DNA of 64,000 nucleotides from Eledone cirrhosa (Eukaryota): NCBI GenBank assembly GCA_964016885.1, contig OZ024743.1, positions 212,474,001 to 212,538,000 of the forward strand, read 5' to 3'. Shown piece by piece: positions 39,141 to 49,656 of this stretch (position 1 is its first letter; each line of letters starts with the position of its first letter). The notes under the pieces were generated by a model. It saw only the letters and a program-made list of their open reading frames with translations, ran no database searches and was not told where the DNA came from. The position numbers and the translations under genes were made by a program.

Positions 39141-42100
39141 GTGACAACCAGCCACTCACCCCTAATGTCGCTTGGTGCCCCAGTTCCCTGCTCCACGCCC
39201 CATCCTCCATCCCCACCAGTCGACATCTGCAGCACTTTCAGTACCACGAACAGACGGAAGAGGGGCCGTAACTGTTCGGGGTGCGGTTGCTTCCACCAGC
39301 TTACCTGTGTTGGCTTGATGCGTCGAGCTTCCAGTGCCCTCGCAGCGTGGAGATGCAGAAACTGTCTCTTCCCCTCGTCTGCCCAGCCACGGCCGTCTGG
39401 CACTCCACCAGATGAAACAGCGAGCTTGCCTGATGCCCAAGCCTCGCTGTTCAACATCGCTCGGCTCAGGCGGCTCCGGAAGATTCCGCTCAGGATCCCG
39501 AGAGCAGCCCGGGTGCCGGTAGCCAATGCCCTCGCTTCCTCCATCGAGAGTGCTCTGGACTCCAATCGAGCCAGCGACTGGGAACGCCTCTTCTATTTCG
39601 CCCCACTCGCCCTCGGCCTCCCCAGCTCTAGCGCTGACTGAGGCGGTCGGTCGACAGCAGCCTTTGTCAAGGCCAATGTTTCGTCCTTTGGGCAAGCGCC
39701 CACTCCAAGCGTGCCGAAGGACGCCACAACCCCTGCTCTTGGGTGCCTCCAATCCTCCACCCCTGAGGCCAGCGCTAAGCTTATCATGGGTGATGTCAAG
39801 GCCGCAGTCAGAGTGGTTGCCTCAGAGGATACTGTCCTCCAGCCCACCGAGGAGGTCCTGGCTGCCCTGCGACTCAAGCACCCTGAGCCCCCGCTGACAT
39901 CCTACCCATACCCCCACCCAATCCCCACATGCTCCTTGTGGCTTACGACGCAGACATCATGTCTGCCATCAAGTCCTTCCCAGCTAGCAGCAGCGGAGGT
40001 GCTGATGGTCTTCGACCAGGCCACCTTAAGGAGTTGCTATCCCCCTCTCCGCTGAGGTCAGGCGCCGCCTTCTGAGTGCTATTGTGGCACTTACCAATAG
40101 GCTTATCCATGGCGCCCTGGATCCTCACGCCCGAGCCTCTTTTTTTCGGCTAGCCTGACCGCTCTCATGAAGAAAGAGGGTGGCATACGCCCCATCGCTG
40201 TGGGCAATGTCTTCCGGAGGCTGGCTGCTAAGGTGGTTAGTCCATAACACCTGAACTGGGTGAGGAGTTCAGTCCGGTGCAACTGGGTGTCGACGTGTCC
40301 GGTGGTTGTGAGGGGGCCGCACATGCAACCAGGCAGTTCTTCAATAACTGCCCACCGGAACCGGCATCCAAGGACTCCAGCCACCTCATTGTCAAGCTTG
40401 ATATGAGGAATTCTTTAACTGCATACGCCGGGATCATCTGTTCAATGCCTGCCCCCTCCACCTACCTGCTGGCCTACTTGTCATATGGAGTCCCGAACAT
40501 GCTCCTTGCTGCTGACACGGTCATACCTTCGGCCACTGGGGTCCAACAGGGCGACCCTCTGGGCTCCCTCCTGTTTGCCCTTGGTATAGACCACATTGTC
40601 CGGAGTATCACGGCCCCTCTCAACGTTTGGTACCTGGACGATGCTACGCTGGGCGGGCCCGTGGAGACTGTCTGCCATGACCTTCAATCGGTAGTTCCTG
40701 CCCCGGCGGGAATCGGCCTCCAGGTCAACTCGTCCAAGTCGGAGGTGGTGATTGTCAGCTATGATGCTCAGAGCTTTGCAGCTTCCGTCTTGGACGTGCG
40801 GTCCATTCTCCATCAGGTACAGGTGACCCCCAAAGAGGATGTCCTCATCCTCAGGTCACCGATCCACTCGCCGGCCATCCGCTCCACTATCAGGTCTAGG
40901 CTCTAACAATTCGAGACCCTCACGAGCCGACTGGGCTTGATCGATGGCCACCCAGCTCTCTTCGTGTTGAGGAACTGCTTCGCCATGCCGAAGCTCCTCT
41001 ACACCCTTCGCAGCGCTCCGTGCTACATCCACGCATCCCTCCTCGCTGACCTCGATACTTGTATCCGAGCGGCACCTGAGGAGATATGCAACGTCCGGTT
41101 TGACGACATTGGATGGTAACAGGCCACTTTACCTGTCAGATTTGGTGGTCTTGGCCTCCGGTCTCGCTGGCTTTGCCGGCGTTTCTTTCATAGGTAACCT
41201 CATGCCGCGTCCTCGTCAGCAGGGTTCTCCAAAACACAATAGAACCCTCTGTGTTCAGGGAACGTGAGGTCGCCTGTAAGACGTGGGACCGGCTGTGACT
41301 TAGCCCGGTAGACGTCCCTCTTCCTTCTCCCCCTGCTGACGTCAAGTCCTCCCAAAGCGTATGGGATGCCATCCAGTGCAGCCTGGCCTCAGACAGGCTC
41401 ACGCACCAGCTCGACCAGCACCGCCTTGCCTGTTTTCGTGCGGCCTCCAAACTCTACAGTGGTGCTTGGCTCCATGCTTTGCCATCCTTCTCCACTGGCA
41501 CGCAGCTGGATAACGATAGCCTGCGCATCGGCGTTTCCTTGAGGCTTGGACTCCAGATCTGCGAACCACATAAATGTCGCTGTGGATCCACCGTGGACTC
41601 TTTCAGACTCCACTCGCTTTCCTGTCGCCACAGTGCCGGCCGCCTTCCACGCCACGCTGCCCTCAACGAGGTCATTAAGCATGGTTTGAACGCTGCAGGT
41701 TTCCCCTTCCAGCTCGAGCCGGTGGGGCCGGACCGAGGGGTTGGCAAAAGGCCAGACGGTATGACCATCTTCCCGTTCCGCAGTGGCAAACCCCTCGTCT
41801 GGGATGTCACTTGCAGCGACACTTTCTCCACCCGCAACCTGGTGCAGTCTGCGACTAACCCAGGTACTGCTGCATGTCGGGCTGAGGAGGCCAAACTCTC
41901 TGAGTACCGGCCACTCTCCGACAGGTTCTCGATCATGCCCTTGGCAGTGGAAATTTCTGGTGTCCTTGGCCCTAGGGCTACCTCCCTATTCACCTCCATA
42001 GGCGCTGAGCTGGCCAGCCGCAGGTATGAGTCTCGCGAGCTGGAATGGCTGTTCCAGTGCATTCCCTTACCACCCTCCGGGGAAACGCCTTCTCCATCCT

Positions 42101-42190
42101 GTCCCCCGGGGCTGTGGGGGAGGCCAGCACGTGGGACCCCATTTGCTCACCATACGGATTAATAGGCAAAGTTATAAACCATTGTAAATA
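39141..42190 (+). mobile_element. CRE-clade non-LTR retrotransposon (PHD-like finger, RT, restriction-like endonuclease), degenerate
   Basis: GGIRPIAVGNVFRRL, QLGV..GGCE, GVQQGDPLGSLLF, WYLDD, then LRLGL..CEPHKCRCG..HSLSC..RH, KRPDG, LVWDVTC; several stops and frameshifts. Confidence 0.9.
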
Positions 42191-42337
42191 AATAATTACT
42201 ACTCCTATTTGCCGGCTTATATTTTACGTTATGTTTTGACGTTTATAGGAATTTTTATGGACCACGTCAAATATTCGCGGTTTTTCTCTCTTCGTGGATG
42301 CTCTAGGAACGTAACACCCGCGAATACCGAGGGACAA

Positions 42338-42340
<3 letters not shown>
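42190..42340. mobile_element. Tigger/pogo-like MITE right end
   Basis: cccgcgaataccgagggacaactg followed by TA, the reverse complement of a CAGTTGTCCCTCGGTATTCGCGGG TIR. Confidence 0.6.
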
Positions 42341-42375
<35 letters not shown>

Positions 42376-42419
42376 AAGTTAAATAAAAGTCAAATGATTA
42401 AAATTTAGCTTCGTTTATT

Positions 42420-42474
42420 ACTGCTATATATATTTCAGTGACAGCCATCTTTGGCTGTGACCTCTTCAGGCAGT
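42420..42474 (-). ncRNA. Minimal type I hammerhead (left arm of palindrome)
   Basis: Reverse complement of 42705-42759. Confidence 0.85.
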
Positions 42475-42704
42475 TTGAATTAGTATGGTATAGACAAGTA
42501 CATATGTTGTTTAGGTGTATGATATTGTCAATACTCTGATATGCCCAGTTCCTTGTTGGGTTGTTAATTCACTGGGGAACTGGAGTCATATGACTCCAGT
42601 TCCCCAGTGAATTAACAACCCAACAAGGAACTGGGCATATCAGAGTATTGACAATATCATACACCTAAACAACATATGTACTTGTCTATACCATACTAAT
42701 TCAA

Positions 42705-42759
42705 ACTGCCTGAAGAGGTCACAGCCAAAGATGGCTGTCACTGAAATATATATAGCAGT
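42705..42759 (+). ncRNA. Minimal type I hammerhead (right arm of palindrome)
   Basis: ACTGC-CTGAAGA-stem II-GAAA-tatata-TA-GCAGT-AATAAA; identical to 19523-19577. Confidence 0.88.
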
Positions 42760-42905
42760 AATAAACGAAGCTAAATTTTAATCATTTGACTTTTATTTAA
42801 CTTTATTTTACACTACTCCGGAGTAACCAAACCAACCTGCGCACTTCGTCGAGTGCTCCAGCCTGCATACTGAGGTGTTGGTATACAACCAACATAAACT
42901 CAAAA

Positions 42906-42963
<58 letters not shown>

Positions 42964-44124
42964 TAGAGAGAGATGGAATACATTGCGGTAAAGGGAAGAA
43001 TATAAATATGTGGTTTAAAAAGGTGTAGGAATGACTAAATGTGTGAATGTGTTTGTTGTATCCACTATCACGTAGAGAAAGGATAAAACGAGCTTTTAAT
43101 GGACAACTCAACTTGATATATTTTATTAACCTAGATAAACTTTCTATATTGGAATAAACCAACAAACAGAGGATAGAATAAATCTCACGGGGTTGGCAAT
43201 TTGTGAGTGTGTGAGTTATAACAATCTCCCCACCTCTGTGTTTGTCGGCCTGTCTCTCTCTGCGTGTCCAAGTGGTTTATTGAGAACTTAGGAGATTTCT
43301 TACCGGATTCAATTTCTGCGTGGTACGTTTGGCAAGTATCTTCTATCATAGTCTCGTGAGTGAATATGGCTAGTGAGAAACAGCGAGGAAATCTGTGAGA
43401 TGGATTGAGTCTGTGATCTTAAGGTCCATGCTTGGCATTTATCATGTCACGCTGATTGTATCTGACGATTATATAGATTAAGGTTGCAGGTGTCTGTTCA
43501 ATACGCATTCAATTACATAATACTTCAATGGTAAGACTAGAATACTCACCATCGAAACCAACGAAGTGTCCATTTACATTACTTGTGTGCATGCTACTGT
43601 GAATATATATCTCATTAAGAGACGCGTCTCAAACATGCAGCCAGAAAACTACTTTTCTATAGCCCGTGGCAGAACAATTTTCATGACTAATACTTTCCTA
43701 AAACTTGGTAATTTCTCCCTCGCCCCCTTCCCTACTCTTGCAATTTACCCATGAAATATTAAAAAAAAACAAATAAAAAACAAACCAAAAACGAAGTTTA
43801 TCAAAAGTGAAACGGAGAAAAGAGAAGTTTCACAAAGTAAAATCAAAATTTGTCCCCCAATATTTTGTACTAATTCCCATTTCCGACTTTTGATGAGACA
43901 AAAAAAAAAAAAAATAGAATTAGCAGCTTATCAGCTCTATTGCAGATTAGCATTATAACTGGTGGACATCATGCCCCCATCTCATTTTTGGCTCGCTCTG
44001 CCTCATCCCCAGGACGTAATGGCCCTTTTGAGTCCTTGAGTTTCAGACCCCTAGATTAAGAAAAGGTTGTTTGAATATTCCTGTTTATATGCTCGATATA
44101 ATTAAAAAATAATTCTCGCTTTAG

Positions 44125-44239
44125 AGAGGGTCTCTGGTCCTGGACGATATCGAATACAGCTTGGAACCAGTGGATGATGGAACAAAACATCTTGTTGGTG
44201 AAAGTCGGAACCAAGAGAAGAAAACGTTAGTGGATGCAG
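44125..44239 (+). CDS. Metalloprotease prodomain exon
   Basis: ctttag|RGSLVLDDIEYSLEPVDDGTKHLVGESRNQEKKTLVDA|gtaatt; 115 nt, phase 0 to 1; matches the ADAMTS xG.I...EY.IEP...H motif. Confidence 0.85.
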
Positions 44240-44964
44240 GTAATTATAACAGCAACAGTAGCAGCAAAAAATAACAACAGTTCCTAGTGCTGTGTTATGA
44301 AGAATTAAGCTTCACAGTAACGAGGCTCTGGGTTCGATCTCGCTGCGTTGTGTTGCAGCTTTATAGCTTCGGGTCGATACAAACGCAGTAAGTGAAATTA
44401 GGTGGTCGGAAACTATGCAGAAGCCCGGAAAATAACTGAATTTGGGTGGAATACTTAATCCGTCACCCAATTTAACACCACCATCTGGTCATTGGGAGTC
44501 TTTAGTGGGGTACTCTCCTGTAAAGTTGCCGATTAAAAATAACCCGATATTTCGATGTGCTGACTGGATGGTCACGATTAGAATGCGTTTGATCTACTCG
44601 ATCAAGGTTGACCTCGAGATAAACATCAACAACAATTGGAGGTATTACCATATTTGCCTGCCTATTTGACGCCCCCCCCCCCGAAAAAAAACACATTAAA
44701 AAAAGAATTTCCCTGCGTCTAATACGCCCATATCATCGATGGGAGGCCGAACGGAGAGTGAGGACAATCATGGTAAAACAAATTAGTTTGTATTACTATT
44801 AGTATTACTAATACAGTAATACAATTTATATAAGCAAAATGATGTCGAATTTACATGAGTTTCTGACCCCCCCCCCCCCCCCCCCAAAAAAAAAAAAAAC
44901 ACAATGAATTAATTTAAAATGAATTTATGAAGAAATGTACTAAAATTAATTTTTCTCAATAGGT

Positions 44965-45300
44965 CAGCAAATACGGTACCTTAGAGCGACTGGCATTCCG
45001 TCGCTTACGACGGCGAGTGTTCAAGTTGATACGATCAACGGAACAGCTTGCTCGTGAAATTAACGTGTAAGTGGCTGAGCATTCCACAGACACGCGTATC
45101 CTCAACGTAGTTCTCAGAGAAATTCAGCTTGACACAGAATGTGACAAGGCTGACCCTTCGAATTACAGCTACAACTCATTTTTGCCAGCTGAATGGACTG
45201 GAGTTACGTGAAATAAAGTGTCTTTATATCGCCGGGAATCAAACTCATGAACTTATGATTGTGAGCCGAATATCCTAACCACAAAGCCACGCACCTTCAC
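44965..45300 (-). mobile_element. Second tRNA-derived SINE family
   Basis: Head reverse complement cctaaccacaaagccacgcaccttcac; body gatcaacggaacagcttgctcgtgaaattaacgtg; decayed relatives at ~43270-43500, ~44290-44430 and ~47830-48030. Confidence 0.7.
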
Positions 45301-45307
45301 CTTATAG

Positions 45308-45828
45308 CAGAGCTTCTCAAATGTTTTTGACCACCGCCCACCTCACGGCCACGTAATACCCTCAGCACGCCACCCCTATTTCCAGAGAGACCTGCTTACA
45401 TGCAAATTGTAAATAATATATAACGTTTCTACTTTTGGCACAAGACCAGCAATTACCCAGTGCATTACTGGTGCTTTATTTTATCGACCCCATAAGGATG
45501 AAAGGCAAAGTTAACCTCGGCGAGATTTGAACACAGAACGTAAAGGGCTCTAACTCTGTGCTGAAAAGCATGGTGTCTGAGGTTCTACCTATACTGCCAA
45601 ACCACCGCCGTAAATAATGTATAATAAATAAAATAATAGATACTATGTATAGATAAATATATATTTCTTATTTTACTATATTTATATATATATCGTTTAT
45701 ATATATAATGTATCATTTGATATTAATATACTATTATATCATCTCTACTGATCCCCAGCCCCCTTAAGCTCTCCCTGGACCTTCTCAATGCTCGCAGGGG
45801 GCGGTAGCGCCCACTTTGAGAACGTCTG
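45308..45828. mobile_element. hAT/Charlie-like MITE with nested SINE
   Basis: Termini CAGAGCTTCTCAAA / TTTGAGAACGTCTG; SINE inside at ~45430-45610. Confidence 0.6.
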
Positions 45829-45938
45829 ACTCACAGTATTGCGATGAAATCCTCCTTTGTGTATCGTTCCTTGAATTGAAACACGAATCTTGAATCTTCA
45901 GTAAAATCCCACTAATCAGTGTCCTTTGGTTTCCTTAA

Positions 45939-46157
45939 CACTTTAGCATTTAAACCGGTCGTATTCGGCAAAATTCTTTCACCTCTTTTTGTTTAAACCG
46001 AGTATAACCGACCACTTATACTGATGTTAAGGTATTGTTCTCAAAATAAATAATATCAAAATCTCATTGATTCCATATTATGTGAGATAATTATGTGAGG
46101 TAAAGCTTTGCCATGAAAATATAGTAGTAAATATAAAGTAATGTAAATGCTAAAAGG
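45939..46157. mobile_element. piggyBac-type (TTAA) MITE
   Basis: TTAA|CACTTTAGCATTT ... AAATGCTAAAAGG|TTAA. Confidence 0.7.
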
Positions 46158-46235
46158 TTAAGTCTCTTTCGCTCTCTTTTTTCTCCTATTCTTTCTCCAG
46201 CCCTCTCTCTTATTATTACACTTTTTATATTACAG

Positions 46236-46402
46236 ACCATGAGGCTGTATCTTATGAGGGTGAATTTTATGCGGATAACAGCCGTGTGGTAACTATTGAG
46301 ATGGTGATATACAGTGACGCAGACATGACCAAATTGTTAGAGGCGAAAGGAGCTGACACCAAACAGAAGAAAATCGATTATATCATATCAAAAATGAATG
46401 GG
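46236..46402 (+). CDS. Metalloprotease exon: start of the reprolysin catalytic domain
   Basis: ttacag|(D)HEAVSYEGEFYADNSRVVTIEMVIYSDADMTKLL...KIDYIISKMNG|gtaaac; phase 1 matches the previous exon; resembles M12B VE.LVVAD..M....YIL..MN. Confidence 0.85.
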
Positions 46403-46783
46403 GTAAACTCTTCTCTCTATCCTTACACCTATTGTTTTTCTCGTTGTTTCTTGTACCATCTGAACAAATGCAGTCACGCACATGCACATGTGCACACGGA
46501 AACAAAAACGTACACACACATACACACACACAATATTCATAGAGCCAGAATTATTAAAGGACTACTTTCCTACGTCACACACCAGTGGTTTCTTGACCAT
46601 GAGAACTTCGATGAAAGCAATGGAATTACCCTTGACATTAGCAAATTCTTCAACAAAGCAACGTGCGCACCTCAACATGGTGACTCTTCTTGTTAGAAAT
46701 AGCCGCCTAAGCTTGCTCAAACGACGCCCTACCGTCTTGAAAATGTGGTAAAACATTCGATAATATTAGCTTAGATACGCAAT

Positions 46784-46819
<36 letters not shown>

Positions 46820-47332
46820 GAGAACATCGTCATGGCTGCAATACTTTTGATCACAGGTCTGCTCAGCCAGAGCTGACCAAGGATTAAACTATGACGATCT
46901 TAACAAAACCAACAATAACATCTTCAACTATAACAGGTTAAGCTGATCATATTGGGCTGTATTGATCTTTCAAATTTTAGACCTGCTTCACCGCAACGTG
47001 TGTCACCGGTACTCCATTCTACTCCAATGGCGATCAATGACGATCTACTTCTGGTTTCGGTTATGTCTCTTACACACTTTCTTTTATACCGTAATGATTC
47101 TACTGTCACAACACACACACATCTCTGAAGATTACATCACTCTTTAGTTCTCCTAAACCTCCCGGACATACGCAACATAGACACCTCATTGCTGACTTAA
47201 GAAAAAACAAAACACTCTCCAACGAGGGTATGATAAACTAATTTCCTTTAACAGCATTAAAACATTATTACTATACATAGAATCTTTAAATACTCTCTCT
47301 ACTTACAAACAACATAAAACCAAATCCTTTAA

Positions 47333-47564
47333 CCTGTTGACTACCGCGTATATTTTCCAGTAAAATGACTATTTTTTAAAGCAAACATTTATTAACAACA
47401 CATATCTGAATGATTGACAAACGTCACATCAATAAACTAGTAACCCCATTTAGCTTTGAAGTTATGAACTTTTGGAAACGACTTCATAACTTTGAAGTTA
47501 TGAACTGTTGGAAAAGAGTTAAAAAATGTTAGGACGAGTTATCTCGCCTACAGCACTAAAAAGG
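47333..47564. mobile_element. Possible piggyBac-type MITE
   Basis: TTAA|CCTGTTGACTAC ... GCACTAAAAAGG|TTAA. Confidence 0.45.
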
Positions 47565-49057
47565 TTAAACACTCTAAAAATACTGGACCTCATAATATCT
47601 GATGAGTTTTCATGAAGATCGTACATTTGTAACACTGCATCCCAGAAGCTAAATATAAAATATGGAGACATAAAATACAAAGCACATATATGACCTACAA
47701 TAGAGTACTCCTCGCACTATTGGTGCGGTACTGTCGCTAGGCACAGTCATCCTAAAACAAGGTTATTTGTCTGTTTCACTAAATTTCTCTCACAATAATC
47801 ACTAGTCTAAAAGTCTGTCTCGGAGATGGAGGTTCATCAAGCCGGTGCTTATCCCGATTTCCGTGGCGTGAAGTGACCAAGAGTACAAGACTCCTCCCTG
47901 GAAAGGGCGCCAGTCCATCGCAGTGTTAAATCCTCAGGTATTGCTGATACTCATTTCGATGAGTATGCTGAGCAATGTGAAACAAAGTGTTTTGGTCAAG
48001 AACACACTTACCACTAGGCCATACGCCTTCAAGAAATCAATATTTTACGGACAAAATGTTTCTAATCTCTGTATTTTTACGGCTAGCTATAATAACTCCC
48101 CATCATCTTCAGAAGGCAGTTGCATATTTTTTCCTTCCTAATCTATTCTAGGTCCCATCATCCCCCCTTTTGTCACCCTCTTCTGAGTTTCACTTCTCCA
48201 AACATTTAAAACTACTTTTACCAATCCTTTTTACTTCACACTCCACTGAATATTCTTATCCTCGTTTTCAAATAGACGTTAATCTACAGAACTCCAATAT
48301 GAACATAAATTACATTCATCTCACCAATATGTGAAGGCCTGAAAAGGTCTTGGGTGTTGCCCCTCTCCCGCTACTCACTAGAAAGGTGTATATAAACAAC
48401 GAGTGGTAATTCTTTGTCTAGAATTGAATCTCCCTCTTTCTGACGTAAAAAATTTGATAGATATTATATGATGGACCAGATGGCGAATTGGCAGTGGTTA
48501 GAACGTCAAATAGAATGCTTTACAGCAAAGGTTCTCAACCCATTTTGGCCAAACGCCTCCTTTTGCCCCTCGAAATTACGAAACGCCCCCCCCCCCCCCT
48601 ACCCTATTTTTCCATTTTTCAATATACTACTGATTTTGATATCAGTAGATTACTGGGCCAAATCAAGTTATCTTAGATTGTTTAAAAAATACTCGTACGA
48701 ATTAAATACAAAAGAGTTTAAGTCCAAAAAAAAAGCAAGCTATTTCAAATGATATATTTTTGAAATTAAAAAAAACATTTGATCTCAGTCGAAAAAGCTT
48801 TTTTTTTTTAAATTCTATATTTCACTGTTAGCTGTTGTAATATTTTGAGTGGATAGACAATTGAAACTGCAAAGTCAAAATACAAAAGATGCAAAATATG
48901 AAGAATTTCTTACCTTTCTCTGAAATCACAAACTTATGGGAAAAATAGTACCTTGCAAAATAATATACCTGGTAGCAAAATAAGTAGTAAGGAATCAATT
49001 GAGAAGCTTGGTGACTGAGAAAGCAATATTTTTATCCCTTATATATAAATATAGATA

Positions 49058-49107
<50 letters not shown>

Positions 49108-49259
49108 CATACACACACACACAAACTTGTGAGGGTGTGTGCCTTGGTTTGGGTACAGAAAGAATTTTGTCTACAGTTTTTTATTGCCAGGTCAAAGGCC
49201 ACAGCTCTTTTCAACAACGCCAAATAACAACGCTCCACACACACACACACACACACGCA

Positions 49260-49322
<63 letters not shown>

Positions 49323-49656
49323 GCACCCCCCATATATATATATATAAATGAAGAGAGAAAGAGGGAGGGACAGAGAGAGTAAGAAATGTGTGTGTGTTTG
49401 GTTCACGTCTATCTATCTATCTATCTAATCTATGTATCTCTGGGATGGACACACGCGTATAACTTGCTGAGTAAGTTCTGTTTAAATTTCTATAGAAATT
49501 CTTGTCTGATAACTTTAATTTTTGGACCATTTTGTAGAGGGACTGCCAGGTCAAACTTTGATCTGGTCAGTCTCTCAAAATATTCTACGCCTTTAGGCGA
49601 AATAGTTAAACAAAAAAAAAAAGATTTTTCTTGTTGAAAAGTCAATATTTTTTTAA

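Larger units (their letters stand above)
42369..42810. repeat. 442-bp spacerless perfect palindrome (module extends to 42908) in (TA)n
   Basis: Centre gtcat|atgac at 42589/42590; the arms read as exact reverse complements. Confidence 0.93.

Noticed and set aside
46403-49400. Next metalloprotease exon (candidate acceptors near 46980 and 48275)
   Set aside because: Phase-0 translations stop early and lack reprolysin motifs; no HExxH exon was found in the window.
49437-49540. HDV-like ribozyme at the LINE 5' end
   Set aside because: I could not build the nested double pseudoknot by eye; the intron plus hairpin reading fits better.
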